Source: Octopus sinensis
Lineage: Eukaryota
Direction of reading: 5' to 3'
Assembly: GCF_006345805.1 (NCBI RefSeq)
Contig: NC_043000.1
Location: 56,544,001-56,608,000 of the forward strand
Length of the DNA stretch: 64,000 nt
Shown here: piece by piece, positions 39,647 through 52,838 of the stretch
Numbering within the stretch: the first letter of the stretch is position 1
Layout of the letters: each line of letters begins with the position of its first letter
The notes under the pieces: generated by a model
What the model saw: only the letters and a program-made list of their open reading frames with translations
Told to the model about the DNA's origin: nothing
Databases searched by the model: none
Position numbers and translations under genes: made by a program

Positions 39647-40716
39647 CTTCTATCTATAAATGCTCTAATATCTATACAGCCTTGGTTTTTATCTTATTAC
39701 GCAAAAAATTCTTATATATATATATATATATATGTATATACATACACGCACATCATCATCATCATCATCATTTAGTGTCCATTTCCCATGCTGACATGAG
39801 TTACACAGTTTGACTAGGATAGGACTGGTGAGCCAGGAAAGTTGTACCAGGCTCAAGTCTGATTTGGCTTGGTTTCCATGGCTGGATGCCCTTCCTAATG
39901 CCAGCCACTCCAAGAGTGTAGTGGGTGCCTTGTACGTGTCACTGGCACGGGTGCCTTTTACATATCATCAGCATAGGCCACGACTACGATTTCGCTTGGA
40001 TTGGCAGTGTGGTAAGTAGTTTGTTTCCTAACCACATAGTTCTAGTTCTTCTCATCATTTGTGGCACCTCAGGCAAGTGTCTTCCACTACAGCCTTAATC
40101 CGACCAAAGCCTTGTAAGTGGATTTGGTAGATGGAAACTGAAAGAATCCCTAAACCTATGACCAACTGCAGATTAGAATTTCTGTCTCTGTATTGTCTTC
40201 TATCTCAGAGTCTTCCAAGCTCTGACACTAAAGTAACTAGCCACTAATCTATAGCATTCCTCACCAAGAAAGGTTTTGGTATTTACAATGGCCCAACTTA
40301 CCCATTTCTTAGTGTAAATGGAATGTGTGTGTGTGTGTGTGCATGGGTGCATGCATTTCAGCAAAAGAGACTGATATAATAAGTAGCAGGCTTAGTAAAA
40401 AAAAAAAGTACTGGGGTTGATTCATTTGACTAAAATTCTTCAAGGTGGTGCTCCAGTATGACCACAGTGTAATGACTGAAATGAGTCAAAGATAAAAAGA
40501 TAGTACAACATTATATGTATGATATGTATGTTGCAATGCGAATGTGGACGTGTACATACATACATGCATGCATACCAATGTGTGGCGAACTTGTAAGTAC
40601 GTCAATTCATGCAGGAAGCACCTCACACAATTTTCAAATTACAGTAAAAAAAAAAAGATACCTCAATTTACCACAATGTTCTTGCAAACACACACACATT
40701 CAACTACAGCAGCAAA

Positions 40717-40747
<31 letters not shown>

Positions 40748-41220
40748 TACATACACACATTTATGTGTGTGGGGGGGCTGTGTGCCTGTGTATGTATGTA
40801 TGTATGTATGTATATATATATATATAATATATATATATATATGTATAAATATGCGGACAAAAATAGTAAAATTCAATAAAACTACTAAAAATAATAATAA
40901 TGACCCAAAACACATCTATTTTCATCGTCAACGGTTTTCCATAGATTAAATAATATAAGAAATATAGTAGAAAACACGGGGTAAAAAAGAAGAAAAATAA
41001 ATAAATATAATATTCAAAGTATCTTCTGATCCAGCTTTCAATCTTTCTTGTGCCATCTTAAAAATGTTCAAATATCTTTTTTTCTTTTTTATGTTTTTAT
41101 GAATAAAGCATATAAAATGTTATATGTGCATAATACATAAGTTACTTTCAGCATAAAGTAATAAAACTGGTCTTTTCAGCAGAGCAACAACAACAACAAC
41201 ATCAAAAGATTCTAGTTAAC

Positions 41221-41286
41221 CTTGATAGTGATTTTATGTCGCCTTCAGTAATCCCAAGTTCTGAAACAGCTTCATAATAAATGCAA
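41221..41286 (-). CDS. Candidate 66-nt coding exon
   Basis: Minus strand ataattttatag|...TCAAG|gttaac; only one frame is open, CIYYEAVSELGITEGDIKSLS (phase 2 to 2). Confidence 0.4.
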
Positions 41287-42429
41287 CTATAAAATTATCA
41301 TCTCCATATAAGCAAAAGAGACTTTTATATTATAAGACAAAAATGACAGTTAACCATAAAGATGTAACATTTTGATGTTTAGAGAGAAAGAGAAAAAAGA
41401 ACAGCTCGGGAGGTAGTTATTTAATTTCTTTTCTTTTTTTTTCAGATTATTTTAGCTATCATGGCTAAGGCCATGCTGGAGCACTGGCTTGACGCCAAGC
41501 AAATTCTTGAGAAACTAATTAGTTTTTCCTTGAGATAATTCACTTGGAAAACTTGGAAAAATTTTTGCAGTTTGATCCATTATCATAAAATCCTCAAATA
41601 AAACTTAAGGCTGAAAAAATCAATAATGTGCAGTATGAATGACTCCAACAAAATGTCCTAGGTTATCGCAGTTGGATGCAGTTTCAGCAAGACTATGTTG
41701 ACGGAGAGCAATGACTAGTTTAGATGAACATAAAAAGCTGGGAACATTGCTGACACAAATGTAATCTACTAAAATGAAGAAACATTGTGCAAAGCAACTT
41801 ACTGACTACTAAAACTATGTCTGCTTCTATTCTTGCTGCTGGCTTAAATTTATAGCTTTATGGTTAAGGCACTAGACACATAAGCTACCTCTGTCTCAAA
41901 ATAATCCTAAAGTAAATAGTGAACTTGTCAGTAGTGAAGCCATAAACCAATATGAAAGACAGGTTTGCAGTTGCTGTAAACATATAAATCACCATATCTA
42001 AACCAGTGCATAACAGGAACTTATTTTACTAAATGGATTGAGAAAAAGGAAGGTAATTCCTAGTGGGATTTGAACTCAGGATTAAGGGATATAAAGCACC
42101 ATCTGAGCATGGCCGTTGCCAGTATCGCCTGACTGGCCCTCGTGCCGGTGGCACGTAAAAGCACCCACTACACTCTCGGAGTGGTTGGCATTAGGAAGGG
42201 CATCCAGCTGTAGAAACTCTGCCAGATCAGATTGGAGTCTGGTGCAGCCATCTGGTTTGCCAGACTTCAGTCAAATCATCCAACCCATGCTAGCATGGAA
42301 AGTGGACGTTAAACGATGATGATAATGATATTAACTCAGCCAACTACAACAGAATGATAGAATTAAAAGATTATTATTTTGAAGCTTGGATTGAAATAGT
42401 CCTGTTCCAGGGTAATGAGGCCTGGGTTG

Positions 42430-42900
42430 TTGGTAGTCCATTGGTGTCTGACGATGACAAAGTTTGTGTTCTCAGTGAAGCGAATGCATGTGACTCTGCA
42501 GTCCAAAGATGGAAACACACAGGAACCCACAGGTGTCACAACAATAATCTGTTGTCTGGATGGAAGTGGATGCTGTCCTGTGACATCTGTTCCTTGAAGC
42601 AGTGAGAAGGCAGCTGCTGCTCATGAAATGAGAGACATCCACACTAATCTGTTTATAGTAGAGGCTTCAAGTTTGCATAGAGCAATGCCACACCATTTAA
42701 GGATACTTTTCAGGGTGTCTTTGTACCTCAGTTTCCTTGTTTGCATGAGGCCTGGGTAATAACAGTAATACTAACAAGAGGGGTAAGCACTAGACACCAG
42801 TCTTTTCTATGATTTGCTCTCTTTGTTTCATCCATGTTTATAAACCTGAATACCTTCCTGACAGTGGACTTCTGCATAACGGTGGTGCATTGGCCTTGAC
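42430..42900 (-). mobile_element. Decayed RTE-like LINE C-terminus
   Basis: Minus-strand fragments KLRYKDTLKSILKWCGI..LEAS and FGLQSHM (C-terminal zinc-finger-like). Confidence 0.45.
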
Positions 42901-42987
42901 CTTAGTGATACCCTAACATTCAAAACGTATAAGAATTCAGATCTGGTGAGTTGGAAAACAAGACTTCATCGAAATTTTCACTTTGAA

Positions 42988-43529
42988 ATTGATTTATTAA
43001 TGCTATGAATTAAGTTGAAAACAAATTAGTCGCAACAAAACAGACCTTTCCCAGAGATTTTAACCTCATTAAAAATATCACACAATTCAACAGTTAGAAT
43101 AAAATATAGCTCACAAATCTGAATAATCATTAGACTCTATAGGTTCAATAAGACTGAGAATTTATTTGACTTTTAACCCTATTAATAGTTAACAATCAGT
43201 GGAAATGTATTTAATGCAATCAAATATGCAGTGAGACAAAATTATATCAATCAATCTAATCTAAATGAGAACAATAAGCTCATTTGGATCAGAAATGTCA
43301 CTGACCACTCACTCATTCAAACCAAACACACTGCTGACCACTCTGTATACACTTTTCAAAAATAAAGTTAGAGATCCTTTTCACATTGACAGAGCTTTGC
43401 AAAAGACATTTCTTTAGTGAATCAGACATGCACATGGATGTAAAAGCATGGAATTTTGGGTATATATCTTCAACTGTAGCCTTGTGTTAACCAATGTCTC
43501 ATAAATGAAGTTGGTGTGTGTGTGTGTGT

Positions 43530-43562
<33 letters not shown>

Positions 43563-45012
43563 ATGTGTGTGCGTGTATGCAGGCATGTGTGTGTAAGCAT
43601 CAAGTCATTGAAAATTCTGCACTCAATAAATTTTGTCTAACCTATGCCAGATAGAAAAAAAAAACATAAAACAATGACAATGATGGCGATGAATGAAAAT
43701 CTAGCTAGATACAATATTAGGTTTAGTGGAACTGCTGATCTGGTCTTAAATAAGGGTCACAAGTAAGAGCAAACTGACCAGCATTGAAAGCAAAATACTT
43801 CATACATTGTAAACTACTCTTTATGGAAACAACAGAGAGCATGGAAGAAGATCCTCACCACAGTAACTGCTGCTGTGAATATTGGTGAATATCTCAGGAT
43901 TAATTTTAATGAAACAATCTACTACCAAAGAAGCAAATGAATTATAAATAGGCACATTGTCATCTCAGTTTAATTTTATCCTTAAACTTGGTTTAACATG
44001 ATAAGTTGTTGTTTAATCTGAGCTCAACCATCACTGAACAAACCTGACCAAAGTATTCCGGCTATACCCATCCTATCTTTTATTTAACCCTGTTATATAT
44101 AACACTATACAGAGTGTCCCAGAATTAAGAATCTACTTCAGTGAAATTGAACAATTTTTTCTAAAAACTCACTTTTATTTAGGTTTATCATGTTGAATAT
44201 GTGTTAAAAGTGTATAAATTAAAAATTTTGTTTATAATTTTATAATTATTATAATTCTTTTTATGATTTTATTTTCATTCCTATTGAATCTTGCTTATAT
44301 GTCCACAACAGCTTTGTTTCAATTTGGCAGCAATCATTTTCTCTACCCCCATCCCCAGGATGGAGCAATAGTTTAGCTGAACTTAAATAACACATTCAGT
44401 TAGTAGTGCAGGAGATAATTCCTGAAATGCTTCAAAATGTGCTTCGTAACACTAAAGACAGATATGAAATTTGTAGGGATGCAAAGAGAGTACATTTTGA
44501 AAATTTTCAATAAAGTTTGACATAAGATTTATAAATCTATTTGTTTTGGTATCGTAAGTAAATGCAAAATTCTGTCAGTTTTTTTTTTTTTTTTTTGAAA
44601 ATTTGCCTGATTTCATTGAAATAGATAATTAATCCTGAAACACCTTATATTATCCAATGTGTCTTTTCACATTTTAAGATACTGGGGTGCCATTAGGAAG
44701 AAAATAGACTGATATTTCTAGCTGACAATCACAGAGGAACAGTATTGATTTAGTAATGCTATGAATTAAGCTGGAAACAAATTAGTCGCAACAAAACAGA
44801 CCTTTCCCAGAGATTCTAACCTCATTAAAGATATCACACAATTCAACAGTTAGAATAAAATATAGCTCACAAATGTGAATAATCATTAGACTCTATAGGT
44901 TTAATAAGACTGAGAATTTATTTGACTTTTAACCCTATTAATAGTTAATAATCAGTTGAAATGTATTTAATACAATCAAATATGCAGTGAGACAAAATGA
45001 TATTAGTCAATC
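42988..45012. repeat. ~268-bp direct repeat pair (42988-43256 and 44744-45012)
   Basis: Near-identical non-microsatellite copies 1756 bp apart, starting ATTGATTTA.TAATGCTATGAATTAAG and ending GCAGTGAGACAAAAT.ATAT.A.TCAATC. Confidence 0.9.
44110..44647 (+). mobile_element. Internally deleted Tc1/mariner-superfamily element
   Basis: TA flanks (44108-44109 and 44648-44649) and ~38-bp imperfect TIRs starting CAGAGTGTCCCAGAATTAA. 44376-44513 translates AELK*HIQLVVQEIIPEMLQNVLRNTKDRYEICRDAKRVHFENFQ*, resembling a Tc1-like transposase C-terminus (..C...G.HFE). Confidence 0.75.
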
Positions 45013-45315
45013 ATTGTTTGTTTTCCCTTTTGTCAGTGACTGACAGGAATGGTACAGCATTTCTAAATGCCTGCACTCAAATCTTTTTTTCTATATTATA
45101 TTAAGCTGACACAAGCAGGATTCACTTTCTACTTTACAGTTGTTATTGCTAAAGGCTTTCTAGCCATAATCATTTCATCTTTTTTCATGCCTAGTGTAAC
45201 ACTGATGATTCTGTCCAATGTGAATGTTTTTAAATCAGCAAGGCATAATTAGAGGAAAATGTGAACATCTATTTGTACTATGGTACCCCAGCTACAAGTG
45301 TGGTAGTTGGTGAAT

Positions 45316-45716
45316 ACTCTTTTACTTGTTTCAGTCATTTGACTGTGGCCATGCTGGAGCACCGCCTTTAATCGAGCAACTCGACCCCAGGACTTATTCT
45401 TTTGTAAACCCAGTACTTATTTTATCGGTCTCTTTTGCCAAACCACTAAGTAATGGGGACATAAACACACCAGCATCGGTTGTCAAGCAATGCTAGGGGA
45501 ACAAATACAGACACACAAACACACACACGCATATATATATATATACATATATATGATGGGCTTCTTTCAGTTTCCGTCTACCAAATCCACTCACAAGGCT
45601 TTGGTCGGCCCGAGGCTATAGTAGAAGACACTTGCCCAAGGTGCCACACAGTGGGACTGAACCCGGAACCATCTGGTTGGTAAACAAGCTACTTACCACA
45701 CAGCCACTCCTGCGCC
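45316..45716 (-). mobile_element. Family A tRNA-derived SINE, representative full-length copy
   Basis: Head GGCGCAGGAGTGGCTGTGTGG (A box), GGTTCAGTCC (B box), CACCTTGGGCAAGTG core, central (TA/TG)n, tail GCATGGCCACAGTCAAATGACTGAAACAAGTAAAAGAG. About 20 further copies or fragments, e.g. 8520-8830, 13440-13775, 14215-14620, 15985-16280, 17510-17840, 20790-21268, 22185-22500, 22783-23150, 34700-35040, 40005-40500, 47075-47430, 50230-50575, 54270-54845, 59020-59410, 60064-60445. Confidence 0.9.
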
Positions 45717-46879
45717 TCTTCATACATAATTTTAATCAAACTACAAAGTTCCACTACAAGGTCCACAATGTCTTGCATCCTTACTGGGTCACTGAAATAA
45801 AGTACTAGCTAAGTGTTTAAGTTTGATCTAACCATTCATACCCTTCACAAAAATCTGTGGCATCCTACCACTGTTAGAAATCATTATTATTTTTCCAGTC
45901 TGAAATACTAGTGAGGTCAACTTTGCTTTTCATCTTTTTGGAGTAGATAAAATAAGTACGAGTTCAGCACTATGGTTGATGTAATCAACTAACCCCTCTC
46001 AACAAACACTCAGGCCTTGTGTCAATATTAGAACAAATTATTATTTTTCCCCTCTAAAACAGTGGATCTGCAGAACTGTTAGCACACTGGGCCAAATGCT
46101 TTCTGATATTGAGGTATGTTGTTTTATGTTCTCAGTTCAAATCCTACCGACATTTGCATTTTTTTTTTTTCATTCTTATGGGGTCAATAAAATAAAGTAC
46201 CAATCAAGCACTGAGGCTGATTTAGTCTACTTCACACAAAATTTGTGGCCCTGTTCCTGTGTCACAACAACCACAACAAAGAGGTTTTAGAGACCGTTTA
46301 CACCCCTGCTAAAGCAGGATTTAGCCTTGCAAGCCCCGTGACTATCATCATGAGATTCTTTCTGGAGCAATGTTTTGTAGTTGGATGCCTTTCCTGACAC
46401 TAAACCTTCTAGCTGCCTCTTACAATGTGCAGGGATATGGTATCTCTTTCAGAAATCATTATTTCTTTTTAGCATCAGTTACAGAAGGGACAACAGTAGA
46501 CATTTTGGGGATTTCTCAGCTAAAATATAATTTTGTCAAAACTTTATTGAAGTGTTAACAAACAAATTGCTAAGTGAGTATACTGAAATGTATTATTTAT
46601 TGTAGTGAATAAAAAAAATGAGAATTATTTTAAAGCAAAATTTATTCTGAGACGCCATCTAGCATGAAAAAAATAAGAGTTGAGTGAATGAAAATATATT
46701 TATTGCATGGAATGTTTAAAAGTTAGAATAAGATAAAAATGCAGTGAGGGGAAAATATTAATAATCAATGACTAACATTAGTTTTTCTTTTTTTCTTTCT
46801 TTTTCACTTTTCCAGAAGAATCTAAAAGAAACATTTTACTTTGGAAAATATATCCATATGTCGCACCAGCATTGCATGA

Positions 46880-47905
46880 AGGTTACACTAATATTCCACA
46901 AATATTGCATCATTATTGCACTTAAGTTTCATCAATCTTGCACAAACATCAAACCAAATCTCATCTCAGTGTTATCTTAGTATTAATTTAATGTTGCTCC
47001 AATGTTGTAGCAATGTTTTATCTATGCTGCACCGATATTGTATATAAGATGCATAAATGTTCAACTGATAAGTGCTGGTGTGGCTGTGTGGTAAGAAGCT
47101 TGCTTCCCAACCACATGGTTCCAGGTTCAGTCCCACTGCACAGGACTTTGGGCAAGTGTTTTATACTATAGCCTCAAGCAGACCAAAGCCTTGTGAATGA
47201 TCTGCTAGACAGAAACTGGAACAAGCCCATTGTGTGTGTGTGTGTGTGTTTGACCCCTACTATCACTTGACAACTGATGCTGGTGTGTTTATGTCTATGT
47301 AATTTAGTGGTTTGGCAAAAGAGATCAGTACAATAAATACTAGGCTTACAAAGAACTCTTGGAGTCAATTTCTTCAACTAAAATCCTTTGAGGTGGAGCT
47401 CTAGCATGGCTGCAGCCAAATGACTGAAAAGAATAAAGGAATAATATTGACCCAGTGTTCCTTCAATACTGCACCAATGATTTCGCAAAGTTATCTTTAT
47501 GGCGTTCTCAAGTTAAACCAATATTACACCAAAGTTTCTCCAATGTTGCAACAATATTACATCAAACATCATACCAATACTGCCTCAATATTGCACTAAT
47601 ATTGCTTTGATGTTACATTAACATTGCACAAATAACAAACCAATATTGTTCTAGTGTTGCACTTACATTTTCCAAATGTTGCAGAAATGTTGCATCAATG
47701 ATTTCCCCATGTTCCCCTCACTGTTGCACTAATATTGCATAAACATCACATCAATGTTGCACAAATATTTCATCAATATTATGCCAATATTGCATCAGCA
47801 TTACTCCTACACCAAATATTGCACTAATACTGCCCTAAATATTGCATCATGGGCTGCCCCATTGTTGCATCAATACTGCATCAATGTTGCTTCAATATTA
47901 TAATA
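46880..47905. repeat. Degenerate ~11-bp minisatellite (CAATATTGCAC-like), split by a SINE
   Basis: Recurrent caatattgca/caatgttgca units at 46880-47060 and 47440-47905, with a family A SINE between them. Confidence 0.6.
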
Positions 47906-49137
47906 TATAAAGGCAGCGAGCTAACAGAATCGTTAGCATGCCGGGAAAAATGCTTAGTGGTATTTCATCTGCCATTATGTTCTGAGTTCAAATTCCACCA
48001 AGGTCAACTTTGCTTTTCATCCTTTCAAAGTTAATTAAATAAGTACCAGTTATGTACTGGAGTCAATGTAATCTACTTAATCCCTTTGAGTGTGTCCTTG
48101 TTTGTCCCCTCTATGTTTAGACCCCTGTGGACAATAAAGAAATAGATATCATAATACATAATGCAATATTATAATACATGACTAATATTCCACCAATGTT
48201 TCTTGCATAACCCATTGAAATTTATCAAAATCTATATTACTTACAAGAGTACAAGTGAGCCAGAAGACAGATAGTTAGAAGAGGTATAAAGGAAGGAGAA
48301 AACCAAGGGATAAGATAGATAAAATTGTGGTATATTATTGTTGTTATTATCATTTACCCCTGGTCATCCCTGATCAAGTTGACCAATGTCAACATTCTAA
48401 TTAAGGCCAATTTATTCTTTTTTTTTGTTTTTTAGTGTTACGTAAAACTATATTATCTGACACATCTTTGCTGTATTTAATATGGCAAATTGTGACTTGC
48501 GAGAGAGATTTTACTATTTCTAGCAGGCCAAACCAACCAAATAATGGCTTCTTCGTTAGCTCATTAAAGTTAGATTTTTTTTCTTCTTATGATCAACATT
48601 TTTTTCATTTTTTACTCTTTCCAGGAAAATAAGAGAAAATTTTGGTTCATTAACCAATTTGACCAGCTTGTTAATGACAATAAATTATTACTTAATGACA
48701 TTATAAATCATTGGATAATTGCTAGTCTCTTCTAGTCTTTTCTCCTGTAGTCTACACACTAGTCTGTTCACCATTTGATCTAGTCATAATAAATGACCAA
48801 AGTAGAAGTCAATTTTCCAATTAGTTAAGAACTCCAATACTAAATCATTTTCTTTGTGTGTATTTTTTTTTTAATATTCATTCTTTTGCTGCCAAGTTAA
48901 TATTTTGAAGAGGTACATATTTCCATTGCTTTATTCATGAGGTGGGATACAAATGCATGAGTCTCTTATCAAAAGACCAGTTTTAATCTTTTCAGCCATC
49001 ATCAATAAGCCACAATGTTTCCATTATTGGAAATTAGTTTCTCACACATGAGCAACATTTCAAATTTTTCTCCTTGCTTTTTTATTTAATATGCATTTTC
49101 TTGTTGAAGACCAACAATGGCTATGGAAAGTACATAC

Positions 49138-49200
49138 CTTTCTAAATTGGATGAGTTGGAAACAATATGGATGAAGTGGGAACTGTATAGAACTGTAGTT
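49138..49200 (-). CDS. Candidate 63-nt coding exon
   Basis: Minus strand atcttctttcatag|...GAAAG|gtatgt (both sites near consensus); phase 2 to 2 reading TTVLYSSHFIHIVSNSSNLE. Confidence 0.4.
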
Positions 49201-52200
49201 CTATGAAAGAAGATTTGAGTGAAGTATAAGGGAATGAAACAAAGAATAGAGGATGAAAGGAGGAGAAGCAGATATATCAAGTGTGTCTGGGGAGAGGTGA
49301 TGAACATAATGCTAGTTCAGAAAAGTAGAACCTGCTAGAATCTTCCATCATTTACAGTTAGAACAGTAATATGTTGAAAATGAATTGGTTAGATTCAGTG
49401 GATCAGCTGATCTGGTCTTAACTCTTTAACATTTAAACCGACCACTAACTTAACTATCCGCTCAGTTGAAGTCGACTCTCAGTTACTCAATGGATCAGTG
49501 TTCTCCAGCCAGTTCTAACTTTGTCTTGACCATTTAAACCCCGTCAGAACCCATCCCTTTTCAGATTTGGCCACAGCTGATTTCATTGAGAAAAAGGAAA
49601 AAGTAGAAGAAAGAAAGAAAGAGACAGAGAAACAGATAGGCAGACAGACAGAAACAAAGAGAGAGTGGGGGGGGGAGACAGACAGACAGACAGAAGTGTC
49701 AACCTCAGTACTAGGCTGATGCTTTATCAACCTCCAAAAGACATCAGCAGAATTTGAACTCATAATGCAAAGAAGCAAAACAAATGCAAAGCATTCTACT
49801 CATCACTCTAATGACTCTGCCATATTGCCTTATCAGCAGTTACAGTGACTGAATCTTTAACCCTTTCAAACCTCAGTTTCTAATTAGTAACATGCCTAAC
49901 TGTTTCAATTAATTTTCAAAATAATCAAAAGTTCTTTAAGAGTTTAGTGTAAAAATTGTCACTGTTATATATATTGTTATATCATTCTGATGTTGTTCAA
50001 CAGAGATTAGAGTTTTAGCAAGATTTTAATTTGAACCTGATCACTTACAATAGGTGGTCTTATGGGAGTTGATATTAAGAGATTTAAACAGTCAGCTATA
50101 GGGTTTTAAGATGGATGCAACCAAGGATGTTAGATCTTAGAGCAGCAATACTTCCCCAGATATGTGAATTAGCAGCACTTCGGTTGTGACAAAGGGAATA
50201 AAATTTACAGTTATACAATAATATTTATAGGTGTAGGAGTGGCTGTGTGGTAAGTAGCTTGCTTACGAACCACATGGTTCCGGGTTCAGTCCTACTGTGT
50301 GGCACCTAGGGCAAGTGTCTTCTACTATAGCCTCAGGCCGGCCAGAGCCTTGTCAGTGGATTTGGTAGACAGAAACTGTGTCTGTGTTTGTCTCCCCAAC
50401 ATCGCTTGACAACCGATACTGGTGTGTTTACATCCCCGTAACTTAGTGGTTTGGCAAAAGTGACTGATAGAATAAGTACTAGGCTTACAAAGAATTAGTC
50501 CTGGGGTCTATTTGCTCGACTAAAGGTGGTGCGCCAGCATGGCCACAGTCACATGACTGAAACAAGTAAAAGAGTAAAGGAGGAGTAGCTTGCAGGAATT
50601 TTTCAAGAATGTTCATAATATATATAAATGATTCAGAACACTACAGCAGACTTTGCTCTTGCCATTAAAAAATCATGTCTTTATGGGATTTTCCTCTCAT
50701 GTTCTTGTAACATTTTAACAACAAAGAGTACTTATTTTATAGCTCTTAAATATTTTAAAGAATATAAAAATATAATGAAACAATTATTGTTTTAGTACCA
50801 GTAGTGATAAAAAAAAAGGTTGTTTGTTGATTAGTTTATAAAATAAGTGTGTGTGTGTATGTGTGTATAATTGGTACTATGGCTCTCTACCAAGTTTAAT
50901 TTAGTGCTATGACCATCATAAAGAATATTCAATGACATTCACTCATGAAATATATCTATAAACAAGAACAATAAGAAAAGAGATCAATTTGATATAAGCC
51001 AGATATTCAAAACATATTTCAACAACTATGTTTTTGTATATTATTTAAATTGACCAACTAACTCCAGCTCTCTTTAAAATGTCTCCTTCAAACTATGATA
51101 AAACTGAAACAAGAAGACAAAACATCTACACAACAGCTATAAATGGTATATTGCATTACTGACACATAAAGTCAGTTTTGATATACAAATAATATTTCAA
51201 ATTTACAGTGCCAAAAAACAATAAAATAATTTCTAGAATAATAATGAAAGGAAATAAGAATGCATTAAAAGAAAATAAAACTATAGAAAAGAGAATGAAA
51301 TTTTATACAAAAATTTCAAATTTACAATAGAAAATGATATATTTATTGGAAACAAAAATATTTCATATGTTTTATTTTCTATGTACAAATCTTATTACAC
51401 AATAAAGCAAGATTCTGGGGAGAGGGAGAATATTCCATTGATTGGCTTTTGTAACTCAAAGTAGCCAATAACCAGAGAAATTTCTTATGAAAAAAATGGT
51501 AAATAATACATACTAATTTATTCATTTTTTTCTTATCACTTGTTCAAAAGTCTGGAGCTGGGGGTGGGGGAGCCTTTTTGTATTTGAAGGCCAAATTAAA
51601 TTAAGTGCAATCTAATAAGGCTGCATTAAAGAAGATTTTATTAAATATATGAAAAAAAAATGAAATTATATTTATTGTGAAAATGTAAGTATAAATATTA
51701 AAAAAAAAGAAATAAGAATGTATATTTATTTCTATAGATGTTTCTGAGACAGTTTAAGAACATTGGAATAGATATAATACTAAGTCATCAACAAAAATGT
51801 ATTTTTTAATGCAAAACCTAGACTTTTATAGAAGGCTGTACTTAAGGTCCTCAAAGAGTTTACTGTCTCATGTTTCCCATCCATGGTTAAGAGATTCAGT
51901 ACTCATAGCTATGTTTTTTTGTTGTTGTTTTTTGTCTTCTTTAGTCAGTGAATATTTTGCCCTCTTGACTCAGTGAATTTAATGTTGAACTAAGTAGTTT
52001 TTCCAATAAACCACCGGCACCTACTTCATTAAAAATTAATGTTTTGTTGACCAAGTAGCTAAATATTGTCTTCCCTTTATGTAATATTGAAATTAAAGCT
52101 GTTAATTTATTAATCACAAAATTGCTATTTAACTACTATTGTGAAGTTATGCATTACTTAAGTAGGATACAACATGTAGTAAAGATTGATCCAAAATAAA

Positions 52201-52838
52201 CATGATGCACTCAGTGAATCAAGTACCATTTTCCAAGAGCCAAAGAGAGAATAGTCAAAGTAATGTTAAAGCTCAGATAAATGCAAGAACTCATGTTGAC
52301 ACAGACTGGGTGCACCATCATGATACATGTCAGTCCTTATTTAGAGTTACTACTCTCCTAGTTGGGCTGGAGCTCTTACAGGCCCTTCAAGACTTGTGAG
52401 ACTAATGCCTTAGTGTTCTATTTAAGTTGTTGCAGGTAAATGCCTGCAGTAAAGACATAACCGAGGAGGAGATTCCAGAGAACTGCTGTTATGGTGAAGA
52501 AGGATTAGGTGTAATGGTTAGTGCAGGGAAGGTGGTTAGATTAAGTTCTTTCACTTCAACATATTCTCTGTTCATTCACCAAACATTTTACACAGTGTGT
52601 CACATGAATTTCATTATGGCTTTTCTAGTATCTGAGAAATTGCTTTATCCAATGTGGCACTAACTAGTCCTCTCTGTTCAATGCTTTCCTCATTCAAGGC
52701 AAGTTTGACTGAGAGAGTGAATAGAAAAGAGAGTGATGATAGAGGGAAAAATACTGTGAAAGGACAAGAAAAAAAAAAAGCAAGTATGAGTATGATGGGG
52801 AAAATAAAGATGTAAGAGTATCAAGAGAGGCCATGGTA

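Larger units (their letters stand above)
39435..39720. repeat. ~125-bp-arm inverted repeat carrying two hammerhead ribozymes
   Basis: Left arm ~39435-39558 and right arm ~39596-39720 are reverse complements with a few mismatches; spacer ~37 nt; the element lies next to (TA)n. Confidence 0.9.

Noticed and set aside
50230-50300. tRNA-like sequences with A and B boxes (many sites)
   Set aside because: They are SINE heads continuing into SINE bodies; there is no complete cloverleaf, so they are not called tRNA genes.
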